Assembly (NCBI GenBank): GCA_965153285.1
Contig: OZ229115.1
Length of the DNA stretch: 64,000 nt
Origin: Podarcis tiliguerta
Lineage: Eukaryota
Direction: 5' to 3' (one strand)
Shown here: positions 23,428 through 35,964 of the stretch, piece after piece
How the letters are laid out: each line of letters starts with the position of its first letter
Numbering within the stretch: position 1 is the first letter of the stretch
Translations under genes and position numbers: made by a program
Notes under the pieces: model-generated
What the model saw: only the letters and a program-made list of their open reading frames with translations
Database searches by the model: none
Told to the model about the DNA's origin: nothing

Positions 23428-26400
23428 CTTCTGCTTCCAGTTCCTTTTTGGAGTAACAATTTGTGTGTTGCATGTTGTGAAGAGGTAACAGCTTAATTCT
23501 AAAGCCTCATTTCAAGATGACAGTGATAATTTATTAAACTTGTTAGTTGTTTGTTATACAAAAGGTCTCCAAGTGACTGCAACATATTTCAAGTGTGAGT
23601 AAAAATACATCACATTAATACATTTATACAAAAATACATTTACTGGATGGGCAAGAGCATCATACCTGGTAGCATTGCATGTGCCCAGTATCACTTTATT
23701 CTGGTTCTTCAATATATGTATATTTTTCAGACACCAGCCAACTATCTGCCTTTAATATTGAAGCTTGCTTTGCTAACAGTGTACACATGGGCATAGGGAT
23801 CCAGTAGAAGTAAGATATCAAATATATTCTTTCCTATTAAGCATCACCAGGCCTTAGAGCAGCAGAATTAGGTGATCAGTTTCTTTAAAAGCGTAAGTGA
23901 AAGGGATATTCTTGCTTTTGGGGAAAAAATTCCCTGGTGTTTGTTAAAATTAATCCTGCCTTCTATTAATATAGATTGTGTAAAATGGATGCTGCTACAT
24001 AAATGCAATTTGTTTCTGTAAAGCTGATCTACCTTTACAGCAAATGTAATTGGTTTGAGATAAATTGCTGATTTTTAATTTTGTGGATAATGTGAAACCT
24101 GTTGTTAACATAAATAACTTTTTGGAGAGCAATATGTAATGTTAATGACTTGGTGAGCACCTGTCCCTTGAGTAGTTACTCCGTAACAAATTCCCCAAAT
24201 TTTGCTTGCGTTCTGAGATTAGATTTTTTTTTGTTTTGTATTTCACATTATTCCCCACATTCGTTCTCAGTTCTTTTTAGCATGTAGTGCTGTTCAAACC
24301 GAAGGCTGCATTCACGTGATCATCTCAATTGAAGACCATAATGCTTGCATGTGATCAGTTAGCAGGCATACAAGTGCCATAGCTTGTAACAGTGCAGCTA
24401 AAAACCAACACCTACTCATTAAAGAACACAGCTGTCATGGGCTAGCTTTTGGCCCTCAATCTCTTAATGGTTAAAAACAAAGCAGAGGGGATATTTAAGG
24501 AAGAGACTGTCTCCAGCAACACTTGGTGGACATGAGAATTCCAAAGGCTCACAGAGGTCCATCACCTGCACGGACTTACCAATTTGCTTTAGGAAAGAAA
24601 TTTATGTGAATGGGAACTCCATGTAACTATTGGAACTTGCACAACACTCAGAGCTGAGGACACTCCAATACAGAATATTATTTTTGCTTTCTTTTCCCTA
24701 AGGATAAGTCAAAAAGTAAACCTGAAGGAAGGAAATGTACCTTATAAAAATGTGCTTAAAATTACCTGTTCAAAATCATTGTGATATAGTGAATATGTTG
24801 TTGGGTTTTGAGTTGAGGTACTCTATTCTGCTATTTAGACTTGCTCCCCCCCCCCCGGTGAAATTCTGGATGCTTGCTTGACCTCACAGTGTTTACATAC
24901 AAAAGGATATAGTAAGTTAAAGTCTTTCTTTATAGATGGGGCTTGCAATGTAGTTATTAACTTGAGCTTGGCATGTGCCTAGCTAGTATAACTGGGAAGA
25001 CAACTGGCCTAATAGGATAACTATTAATGTAGCTACAACCCAGAACTTAATGCCGCAGCAAAGGTAGCACACTAGTCCAAAAAAACACACCAAATACTAG
25101 TACCCTGATTTAGCCAGGCTTTAAGAAGAAGTGGAAGCTGCAGTGGGATCATATAAGGAGGGTCCAATATTCTGCTTGCATTGATTTGTTACGTGTGGGG
25201 TGCTGTGTGTTTCTGATGGAAATCAGGCTGAAATTTGTTACTGGGAGCTGTACAGCAGACAGCCAGGGAGCTGTTCACAGAACCATCAATGCCCTTGTAA
25301 AGCAGGTCGGCTTGTTTGGATTGAAAAATTTCTTTATTGGCAAGGATAGTGCCATCAAACTGTGAATCTGGTGATTAAGGGAAAATGCAACCACATCCAG
25401 AACAGGCTCAGTAACCTACCCCAGAATCATCAGAACTCACAAACAGTATCTCCATCTTCTTGGATCTCTGTCTTCAGTTTGTTTTCCATGATCTAATCCA
25501 AAATTCCTGGGGTCTTTTATTTTCTAGTTTTACTGTGGATTTTAAAATTACTTTATGAGTTTTTGTTCTTACTGTCTGAGTAATACTGTAATCCCACTTG
25601 GTATTGAAGGTGGGCATAATCTTGTATATTAACAACTGGGATCTGCAGCAAAACCAAGTGCCATTTTGTTTGTGGTGTACTTCTGTCCAGAATGCCAGCT
25701 AGATGCACCTTTTGCAGGAAACTCCATTCCATTCCATTTCCTTTACCTTAGTTTTCTCCCCATCGAACTCTGGCCCAGCAGCCCCTGAGCCTTTGCAGTT
25801 GCCACTGGGCTATTTTGAGGATACATTTTTCCTCCTTCAGTTTTTTTCATAAGATATTTTTCCTGCAAACTTCTGCATTCCTCCAAACCTGCTGATTCCT
25901 ACTTCTTTTGTAAGGAAGGTGAGTTTGGTATTAGCTGGACTTCCTCCTCCTCCCCCACTGGGCCATCTACTCTCAACTGCCCTGAAGGAAGGATTCCAGA
26001 AGAGAGAAGCACATAACACCTCATAGCTTCCTACAGCAGTGAAATAAAGAGAGCAGGGTATCAGCATGCTTGAGTTGACTCCAGGATTTGGAGAAATAAA
26101 GAGTTTAGGGGTGAAAAACTAAGGGGCATACCCCCAAAGCCTAATGAGGACTCTGTGGTCACAAGATGCTGAGTATCTCTTGGGGGAGAAGATTGAAAAC
26201 CAGGTGGAGGATTAATGGAAAGGATATATTGAAAAAAGGTATGAAAATGAGCACTTGATCTGCATCATTTTGTTGTAGATTCCTAGTAGTAATCTAATTG
26301 ATAGGGTGACTGGAGTCTTGGAGGAATAGGTGAATAATAAGAACTAGTGATCTGCATCTGGCTAGCATAATTAAGTTTGATAGTGGTACATAGTGTTCAA

Positions 26401-26849
26401 GAAGACAAGCTTAAAACCTTTGAAGAAATATGGAGACTATTTTTCAATGCATCAGTGATAATGGAATGCAGTTTATTGAAGTAGTTCTTGGTGCAATTGA
26501 AGCACTTTGTTACCTTTTTCTCTTCAGCTTACTCTCCCTGTCTCTCTTCTTTTCTTTGGGAAAAAGCAACCCAGCATCATAACCTCTGTTCTAACTGGCA
26601 CTGTGACATTTCATGCAAGTCGGCAGGAGGAGGGAGAAAGGTGATGGGGCCACCTATCTGAGGAAATGAAGGGGATGGATAAATTGTTGTGCTTACAGTT
26701 CTTGGTCACGTAGATGCTTTCTGTTAAGAACATAAGAAAAGCCCTGCTGTATCAAACCAAAGACCTGTCTAGTGCAGGCTTCTGTGGCTATCCAGATGCC
26801 CACAAGCTTTAAACATGTTGCTGTGAAACACATTTGCTTGGGATTCGGC

Positions 26850-27110
26850 TCCTATCCTTGAAAAGATGAAAGATTGAATAAAATGATAGCAGGAAGGAAA
26901 AGGATGTTCTCCGGGAGAAAGCAGCACTGGTGAACATTGCCACACATTATAGGTGTTACTGGTAGGAAAATGGAGAAACAAAGAAGCTTGTACTTGGCTA
27001 GATGTGCATGCAAAACCATTAAATCATTGCTTTGAGCCAGCTGGTAGGTTTGTAGGCAACCCGAGAGACAAGAAATGCCTACAAGCTTACATTCTGATCT
27101 TGTGGACTGG
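26850..27110 (-). mobile_element. Possible highly decayed Penelope (Neptune-like) linker fragment
   Basis: ORF 26852..27139(-) LSGCLQTYQLAQSNDLMVLHAHL...PVTPIMCGNVHQC loosely follows the Neptune linker order PGC..LAY..NL..LVHS..CGxCxxC. Confidence 0.3.
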
Positions 27111-27377
27111 CATAATAATTGTAGTTGAACTTGCACCACTGTAGTTTAAAGGCACAATTTTATCTGGACACTCTGTGAGGCTATATGAGAGGCTTCAGTT
27201 CCTATCCTGAGAGAATGATACAGTGAGCTTTCAGTAGCACAAGTATGCTCTATGAAGGGATAGAGGACATGGGAAGGAATGGGAAAGCATCAGTGCAGTG
27301 GCTTATAGGATAAGCCCATAAACATGTTTTTGTAGCTGTAATTAGACCTACTTTTCTTTCAATCTTGATACTTGATA

Positions 27378-27540
27378 CAGACAACCGCAGATTTATGCAC
27401 GTCCAATTGATGCACGGCTGTTCACACAAGCATCGTTGTGACCCAGAAGTGGTTAGAAAAGAGGGTGCATTGGGTCTATGCATGCTCCATCGATGTGCAT
27501 GACCTGGAACCAAATCCCCATGCAGATAGGGGGTTGCCTG
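27378..27540 (+). mobile_element. Tigger-like MITE family B, copy 2
   Basis: TIRs CAGACAACC / GGTTGCCTG with TA flanks; homologous to 10588-10746. Confidence 0.75.
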
Positions 27541-28656
27541 TAGTATATTTGAAAGCAACTATACAACTTTTAGTTTCCATTTCAACTTTTATAATTGGGA
27601 ATTCACACATGAATTATATTAACTTGATTATTTTTTGAAATTGTAAGCAAAAGTCAGTCAGCTAGATATAAAGTTCATTCCAAAATGTCATGTCAATACT
27701 GTACATGTTAGATTAATTTTAGAGATAGTATTTAAAAGTACAAAGTAATAAAGCAGAATGGCCACAGGTTTTATAGAAGGTAGTAGCATTCTGATGAATG
27801 AAGCTGATGACTCACTATTCTATAACAGGAAGGGGTGGGGCTGCCTTCCTTCCAACCTGGCTTGCTGTGGTGGTTGTTCTGTTAGGCATGGTCACCAATT
27901 ACAGCTTACAAAAGATGTAGTCTTTTCATGAGCTATTGTTCAAGTGGGTGTGGTCAGGTGGCAGCGTGAAACAGGACCATTCAGCAATCCTGCCTCTCAT
28001 TTGGCTCTTTGGCCATTTTATATACATCCTATACATAACCAATGTTTGCAACTGTCTTAGCAAGTTAAAAGAACTAATCTTCTAAAGATAAGAGGATATC
28101 ATAGGCTGAACCCTAAATGGAAACGCTGTGTGGCTCTGCTTGAAAGTGGAGGATATATAGAACACCTTCATTTTTAGAATAACAATATTGTACGGAAATA
28201 TATGCGGAGGGGACTACTTCACAGTATTGCAGTCAGGATTCTGTGTATAAATGAACACCTGTCCCATGATTAGGGTCTTGATTTAGTTTTCTAACCAGGA
28301 AACAAATTCATTCTGTATGTGCAAGTGACTATCTTTCCCTTCACTGTAACTCACCTATAAAGGATTTTGCACAAAAAACTTATTTTATTACTTACGTTTT
28401 TGCTGAGCCAGCTGAGATCTGTTCAATATCCAGCACAATATTCCTTAATTAAACAGGACAGACCTGCCTTCCGCCTTGGATTCTCCCCACCCTCCGTTCT
28501 TGTTGTCCTGGCACGCTCTTTAAAGGCTGTTGATTAGAAGTAGGAAAAAAATAGGACAGTCGAGGAGAGTTGAGAACAAATGAGAATTGGCAGATCCAGA
28601 TGTGTCCTCTTGATGACCTGTTGAGAGAAGACTGGATTATGGGGAGAGGGAGGTGA

Positions 28657-28821
28657 GGGGCCACAGCTTGGTGGTACAGCACATGCTTTGCCTGCAGAAG
28701 GACCCAGGTTGAATCTTCGGCTTCTCCAGGTAGGACTGGGAAAATAGTCATATCTAAAACCCTGGAGAGCCACTGCCAGTAAGTAGACAATAATGACCAA
28801 GAAGCACCACTGATAGCTTCC
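28657..28821 (+). mobile_element. tRNA-derived SINE (Squam2-like)
   Basis: tRNA-like head GGGGCCACAGCTTGGTGG...CCCAGGTTGAATC, then AAACCCTGGAGAGCCACTGCCAGT. Same family as the copies at 35668, 53125 and 59208. Confidence 0.8.
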
Positions 28822-29424
28822 TTTGAAGGGACAGATGAAGAAAAAAGGGAACTAGGTTCTTCCGAAAACTCTTTATTTAGTTATATAAAGTATGTATGGA
28901 CAGCAACCATTTTGCACTGAGCACGCATAAGCCCACCCCATTCCATCCTCTTTCGGGTTCAAAAAGATCTGTGTGTTGACAGTTGCACAGCACCTGACAT
29001 GCAGCCGCAAATGGCTGCCACCTGTGGATGTCACCCTTCCATTTTTTAAAAAAAGTTCCAAACAGCTTCTGGCATATTTAAATTATTATTATTCACCTGA
29101 AGTATTCCAGGAATTGAGTAGACTTGCTGCTGTGAGAGTAAGCATGTGAACTTTGTATGCTGTCCGAATCCAGACTTGTGGATTGCCTCAGTCCACAGAA
29201 ATCATGAGCTGTAAATCCAAGACAAACCCTTTTTTCAATTGCATTTAATGTTTCTACTGAAGGCATTTATACTTTCTTTTATGATAACAGCAAAAGTCTT
29301 ACATATCAGACAAGTACTGCCTCTGTTGATTTTTTGGCACCTATTGAAAACCTTTCTCTTTCAATAAGCTTTCTGAATAGAAAAAGTCCCAGTTGGTATC
29401 TGCACTGGGTTTCAAATTATTTTA

Positions 29425-29426
<2 letters not shown>

Positions 29427-29477
<51 letters not shown>
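29427..29477. repeat. Compound (TG)n(TA)n microsatellite
   Basis: TG run 29427-29464 followed by a TA run. Confidence 0.97.
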
Positions 29478-30171
29478 GAATGAATGAAATGGTTTTATAT
29501 ATGCTTTATTGTGGATATTTTTATTTTCCTTATTCTTTATTGTGAAATTGCTTCAGGCTGCTTCATAGGAAATGATTCATAAAACAATAAATAAAAGTTT
29601 AATGTTTGCAAGAACCTATGTTTCCAAGAAAGTGGGGAAATGGTTCTGGGAGCTACTGAGCACATTCTTCTAAGTGATTGATGCCCCACAATACTTGGTT
29701 GTGATCTTTGTTAGAGTTAGTCAGAATATGTTCTTCTATTATTTTACTGGATGTTTCAGATTGGGTAGTTGTTAGGTTTCATTGGCTAGAAATGGCTCAT
29801 CATAGTTATGTTAAGAAGAAAGGTATACCATGTAGAAACATGTAAAAAAATAGCTTGTGGGAGAACTGGTTTTCTCTACTATTTGTATGAACACTGACCA
29901 TGGCATTCCAGAACAAAGGTTTTCAACAGAAAAGCTTAAACTTAAAAAGTTGGAGAGAAATTCTCATACTACTGATTAAAGAGAGAATGGGTGATCCTGT
30001 CTGTTTTAGAAATATGTTAAAATAGCATCCTAGAATTGCTGCAGACTTGTGGTAAATATTCAGCAGATGTTTTATTCGTATGTTTGAAAGCCAGTGTTTT
30101 GAAGACATGTAATTTTAGAGATGTCAATTGGTAGCATATTGCCACCCCTTCTGTTGATGTTTTTGTATTCT

Positions 30172-30309
30172 CAAAGAGGTAGTGAATGTTGTGCCCTCCG
30201 GATGTTGTTGGACTCCAATTCCCATCAGCCAGAGCCAGCATGGCCCGCGGTCACAGATGATGGGAGTTGGGAGTCCATTATCTGAAGGGCACTATGTTGG
30301 CTATCCCAG
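30172..30309. mobile_element. Degenerate hAT-like MITE
   Basis: GCCCTCCGGATGTTGTTGGACTCCAATTCCCATCA...TGATGGGAGTTG..CTGAAGGGC, same interior as the copies at 7987 and 61603. Confidence 0.75.
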
Positions 30310-30539
30310 CACTGAGGTGCTGCAATTATGTAAGACATGATTATATACCTCTGTGGGGTTTTTTTAAAGTTTTCATTCAGAAATAAAAAGCTTAAGCACT
30401 ATTGACTGGAAGAAATGGTGAGTTTTGTGAGCAGCTGACTAGAAGCATTCCCCACACCCCCTCAGTATGCATGCTCATCAGATTGGGTGGGGGGAAATAA
30501 AATAAAATATTGAACAGTGTTCAACAGGAATCAATGTTG

Positions 30540-31165
30540 GACGCAGTGCTGTTCCAATTTCTGTTTTTTGTTCAGTTACTTGGGTGAAGGATTAGACAAT
30601 ATACTTATCCAGTTAATGAATGATTCTATATCAGGCAGAAATGAAACACCTTAGAAAGATGCCAGGTGGGATATCAAAATAATAAACTGGAGAGCTGCAC
30701 AGATAGCAGCAAAATTAAAGCCACGAGAACAAATAAAGTGATTTGCATCAGAAATACCTAAATTACAGGTTGAAATTTCGTGGATAACTAACTGTCTAGA
30801 AAGTCACACTTCTGAGATTATTTTGGAGGGGTGTATGGTTCATAACAGAGCTGTGTTTCATAACAGAAAATGAATCTGCAATGTGTGGCATTAAAAATTC
30901 ATTAGAGGAGAGCTATAAAAAGTTCATAAAGTAAATCATATGACGAAAGATGGTAAAAACTGGGCATGTTTGTCGTGTGGAATAATCATTCATTCTATCC
31001 ACCGAGAGGACATAAGGCCCATTGGGCTTAAACTAAAAGGACAGATTTAGGTTAAATACTGGGGAAAATTTCAAAACTATAATAGCAGTTCAGGAAATAG
31101 AATAAGTTGCCTAAGGAATTATAGTTTGCTTACCTTGGATTTTTTATGATAAAATTGGATAGGTA
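30540..31165 (+). mobile_element. Old CR1 LINE 3' fragment
   Basis: Decayed CR1 ORF2-end motifs: ACTGGGCATGTTT, AGATTTAGGTTAAATACTGGGGAAAATTTC, GAATAAGTTGCCTAAGGAA, AAAATTGGATAGG. Confidence 0.65.
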
Positions 31166-32599
31166 TGAATTGCCTGTCAATGCCTTGCATCCTAAGTACT
31201 TTAGGAATAGGCTACCTTTTCATGGCGTAAGAGCTTAGGCTAATAAAGCATGGCATCCTTTTGAGCACCAGTGCTGTTCCCTGAACACGTGGTCACATAG
31301 CTACAATACTTGTAATGTAATATAATATGTAAGAGGTTGTTGTGCAGCTCTATGAGTTTTTCTCTATAGATGATTATTTTAAGGATGTGCTGTGATTTTT
31401 ACCTCTTTTAATTGTTGGAATGTTTTAATTGTTGGAATGTACTCTTCATGGGATCATGTAATGAATGGTGACCTAAAAGTACCCTGATTAGGCTTTGCTT
31501 TTTTCCATAAATATTCAGAGGGAAGGCAATGGCTTATATATTCCATCCAGTTTTGTCTGTAATATAAATTGCTGCCTCTGCTCTTGAAGCTAGTTGGAGC
31601 TACATATTTCTTTGTCAGTGAATGTTATTGGCATGTATGAATGCTTTATTTTAATAGTAGAACTGCAAATCCAAAACAGTAAGGTTAGAGAGCAGGTGGT
31701 ATGTACTCATTATTAAATATTATCACTAAATGATGACGTCTTTGTTTTGTGGAGCCTTCTGTTCAGGAAAGAGGGGAGGACAGTTTTAAGAGAATATGCA
31801 GAATAATAACAGGCACTGTAGAAAAGTGTGTTGGGGATCTGTAATTCATTGCTTAGGAAGGTGGTTAATGAGACATTTTCTGAACATCTGCCCTAAAGTT
31901 GTAGTCTAATCATGTTTCAGAGTAAAGCTGGAAACGTGTTTGACTCCTATATTTCTGCCAGTTAGATATTTTCCTCCCCCCCCCCTTTCATTTAAATGTG
32001 TGGAGCTATGGTATTTGAAGCCAGAACCATGAATGGCAGGTAGCATTCAGGGTTGAGGATAAGACATGCTTCCCCAAACTGTTAGTGGGTACGAACACCA
32101 AAGAAAGAACAGGGGAACTCTCTCAGCTCTTAAACTTGTATAGGGAAACCCTTCTGAAGGCTTACAATGAAAGGTGCTTACACTTGGGCTACCCTTGGTG
32201 GATTTACAGCTTAGCTCTAGTTCCTCTTCCCAAGACCCTGCCGAGTTTGACTTCATAGTCTCACATGAACACCCCTGGAATAAATGAAGTAGCTATCTCC
32301 CAAATGCTGGGTCTTTTTGAGCTGAATGGCACATTACTGCTGAGATTCAGTCACAACAAAGATTATCAGCAGATGTACTGACATGCAACCTGTAGTGATA
32401 GTGTCTGATCAAAGGGCTAGGTGGCCAATCTACATAATTCTACAAAACGTTGTCCTCATCCTCTGCTGCTTTCAGGTTACCTTTTCTACTTGCAATGATG
32501 AATTGCTTTTTACATCTTCTCTTGACACATTATTCCTGAAGGCTCCTTTGCGGAAAGTAGATTTATATCGCTACCTGGTAAAGGCAGAGGTCTTGCAGA

Positions 32600-33120
32600 A
32601 ATGTTTCCAGAGTCAACATTTCTTTTAGTTAGTAATTGCTCAGCAGAAGGTTGCTGTCTACATGAAGTATTTTTCTGCTATGCTGTCCCCTGGACTGGCG
32701 TCAAGGAGAAACCAAGTACTTCAGGTATTACGTATTCTTGAACTCAACAAGTCTTGCTTAATGGGACTTGATTCTAGCACCAACCTGGAAGTGCTCAAAT
32801 TCAGATGTGCATATATAACACTTGAAGTTTCAAAATGTAGATCAGTTATACTGAAATGTGCTGTGTTTATTGTGATGAAATTTATGCCGTTTTTGATTTG
32901 TGACCTTTCATTCATTTTAGCCATCTCCTGGTAATTGTGTGTATAAGCATCCCAAACTGACTAACTGCAAATATGAGAAACAGCTGTATCATGAAATTTT
33001 TGTTCAGGTGTATGCCATGAGATGACTGCATTGTAGGAGGTGGTTGGTATGATACAATCAAATGTCTATATTCATCACATCTCAGTATCTTGATATTTGT
33101 TACTTTGGGTATCATATTGT
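32600..33120 (-). mobile_element. Penelope-like (Neptune-type) retroelement relic, linker plus GIY-YIG region
   Basis: Minus frames give ..MAY/..NKN, KGH, then FSITDLHFETSSVIYA...SPIKQDLLSSRIRN (cf. TCxTSNVIY..RPLKxRxxEHxSxIRN). Nucleotide-homologous to 35965-36394. Confidence 0.6.
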
Positions 33121-33142
33121 GGCTTGGTTAAGATATTTATTT

Positions 33143-33618
33143 ATTTATAAGATTTCTTGGTTTACAAGAGTATGTGCAATGTCTCTTTTTCAAGTTACAT
33201 TTTCTACAGATCAGTTTTATTTGTTGATACATTAGTGTTACATTAGGAAGAAAAGGGGGAAGTAGGTGGAGGGGGAATGGTGAGTGGGGGTCGGGGTTGG
33301 GTGGCAATGCTTCTGTTCTGCTTAATGTTATGTGTGGGGTTTTGTGTCAGCGTCGCTTGTGCAGGTTTTCTTTGCTATTCGCTTGTGTTCCTTTGGTGGT
33401 GAGAGAGGTTGGGGTTGGCCTAGGGTGTGGTTGTTTGTTTGTGATTGACTGTGGTGAACTTTGTTTTCATGTGTGAGTGGGGTGGGTGGGTGTTTTTGGA
33501 TCAGATTAGCCATATTGATTCGTAGGCTGTTGGTGGATTCTTGTCGTTGTCTTGTTGGGCTGTGTGTGTGATAAAGGGGAGCCATACCTGGGTGATGCCA
33601 TCTTCTTCTATCTGTCCC
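33143..33618 (-). mobile_element. 5'-truncated L1/Tx1-like LINE
   Basis: 18-bp TSD TGGTTAAGATATTTATTT at 33125-33142 and 33619-33636. Minus strand starts GQIEEDGITQVWLPFI (an L1-like W.PF terminus). The 3' end is homologous to 49926-50055. Confidence 0.8.
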
Positions 33619-33752
33619 TGGTTAAGATATTTATTTGAAGTGTATAGGTTACAGCTTGAATCATCTTAAGCTACCTTCCCTGATGCAAATTTGGTAATGG
33701 GTAGATAGTCAGGATGTCCAAGTAGGATCTGTTAAGCATCCATATCCCCTTG

Positions 33753-33891
33753 CAGGGGTGGCAACTATGTGGCCCTCTAGATGTTCTTGGGTTCCAACTC
33801 CCATCAGCAACAGATAGCATGGCCAGTAGTCCGAGATAATGGAAGCTGTAGTCCAGCAAACATCTGAAGGGCTGCATATTTATCACCCCTG
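33753..33891. mobile_element. hAT-like MITE
   Basis: CAGGGGTG...CACCCCTG termini, same palindromic interior as 7987. TSD not preserved. Confidence 0.8.
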
Positions 33892-35667
33892 CCCTAAGAG
33901 TAATTCCATTGTTATTGATTTCTGAAATACTGTTCACAAATCATGATCCATGGAGTGGAGTTATGGACATCTCTCTGCTAGCTCCTGGCAGGAGGGAGGA
34001 CCTTCATTTCAGGCAAGGCCTCTATAGTTTATTTTGGGCACATGTGGGTGTGTGCATATAATTATATGAAAAATTGGCTTCCTAACCAAATGCAAATGCT
34101 TTTATGTTTAACAATACTGCTTCACTAAAGGAACGCTTCCAGCACCCCAGTTTTCCCTGCTACTCTGCAGTGAGCTTTTCCATTGTATACACAAGTGATC
34201 ACATTTTGACAATATTATGTTTAGGTTCTGCAAAACCGTAATCAGTTGTATGAATGCAAACTATTCAGGCTATATAATAATTTCCTAAGCCTGCCATCTC
34301 ACACTTCATTATTGTGGAGAGAGGCAGGCAAATGATAAATTGCTTGGAAATCAGAAATTGTTCATCTTCTGGAAAGGCTTAGTGGAAGGAGAGGAAGGGA
34401 GGGCAGAGGTTGAATGTGCTTTTTAAAAACATCTGTAGTCTGAGGCATGGTAAAAAGCCTCTACACGTTCTGTTAAACTGAACAGGGGAAAAACCTACAG
34501 TAATAATGAAAATTAGGATTGCCTTTGTCTTCAGTGTAGCAGTGTCCTAAAAGAATAGAAATCTAAATAAATTACCATGCTGTTTAATTTCAGCTATTGA
34601 TATTTTTGAAAAAAAAGAATAATCTACAATGTTTATGGCAGTGTTCTGTGCCTATATATTATATTAGTAGTTCTGAAAAATACTTTTAGGTCTTGTTGAA
34701 GCTTATCCATTAACAAGAGAGATTGCAATGACTTGAATATCTTAATAGTAAATTTCTCAACTCATTAATAAAGAAATGCAAAGGATATTAACAGAAATTT
34801 CTGTCTGACATGTAGAGAACACTAAACTTTTAACGCATTGCAACAAAAATAAACTCATTTACTGCTGCACAAAAATGATTATGCCCTGTTTTTGCCTGCT
34901 GTAAATTTGATTTATTCCTATAGTAATTACAGCAGTTGATTTGGGGAAAGTTGAAAACATTTCTTTCCTCGAGCATAACAAGGCTTCTGTGTTCCCTTTG
35001 CAGCTGCATTGCAACACTTTGAACTTGCTTAGCAGACACGACAAAAGGGTTTAATTAAAATACTAGGAGGATGAAAAATACATTTGTCTGCATTAACTCT
35101 GTACAGTTCCTATTCTTTAATTCTAATAATAAAAAGAAATAATAGTATCACTAAGATAAGAGGTTATCCTTCCTTATTGTCTGTGCCCTTCCCCAAACGC
35201 TTCAATAAAGGGTAGAGCAATTCTGCAGGAAGGTTTGGTAATTCTGCTGCATACCCTGAAGTACAATTTAATTATTAGCTGTTGGAAAATAGGAAAGAGA
35301 GTAAATAAACAGCCTCCAATGCCCAAGGTCACTATAAAGCACAGTTGTATGAGGAAATCCACTCATCATGACAAATAAAAATGCGCGATAATTCCTAAGA
35401 CATTTGCAAGTATGATTTCCTTTCTTTTCCAAGTACAATTCTCTTACTGTGTTCAGTTACATATTTTGAATATCTCTGCTTGAGTGCTCAATATACTTGG
35501 TTTAAAAAAGTTCAGGAACCTGTAAGTAAATCAGTTGCCCTAGTCACCAAATGAATACATCAAATCTCTGTAAAACAAACTCATTTTGGATTAGAAAGCT
35601 AAATCAGTGCTTAACTTTTTGATGTGATATATATATCAAGTAAGTATTCTACTTTTGAATTTTGATG

Positions 35668-35806
35668 AGGACCATACAAAACTGCCTTATACCAGCACAG
35701 AGCACGGTTCCACCTAGCTCAGTCCAATTATTCTGGCTGGAATCTTTCATAGCCCTATCCAGAGATGTTGATTTGCCTTTTGCATGCTAGCTATGTGTTC
35801 TACCAT
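35668..35806 (-). mobile_element. tRNA-derived SINE (Squam2-like), decayed
   Basis: CTGCCTTATAC..GGTTCCACCTAGCTCAGT..GCCCTATCCAGAGATG..TTTTGCATGC, the reverse complement of the family consensus. Confidence 0.65.
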
Positions 35807-35964
35807 TACCCTTCAGGTTTTTGCCCAGCCTTTGTAGTGGTTGTCATTTCAAAAGCTGCAGTGGAAAAAAATGGACAGGGTGTGTGTGTGCTCTGTATAG
35901 ATAAGTTTAATTGGTTACCAAGTTGTGGTATGCATTAGTACTTTTTGCTGTTGAATCAAAATGA

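Noticed and set aside
28657-28730. tRNA genes at SINE heads (also 53370 and 59208)
   Set aside because: They continue into SINE bodies, and the cloverleaf stems are degenerate.
31406-31440. Short tandem duplications (17 bp here; similar at about 30838, 40920 and 46210)
   Set aside because: Ordinary slippage products with no further structure.
32476-32580. Plus-strand exon (TTTCAG...CTG|GTAAAG)
   Set aside because: Weak donor, unrecognisable peptide, and it abuts a retroelement relic.
33004-33080. C/D snoRNA on the minus strand (GTGATGA...CTGA)
   Set aside because: No proper terminal stem, the homologous copy at 36308-36394 lacks the C box, and the region is better explained as a Penelope relic.
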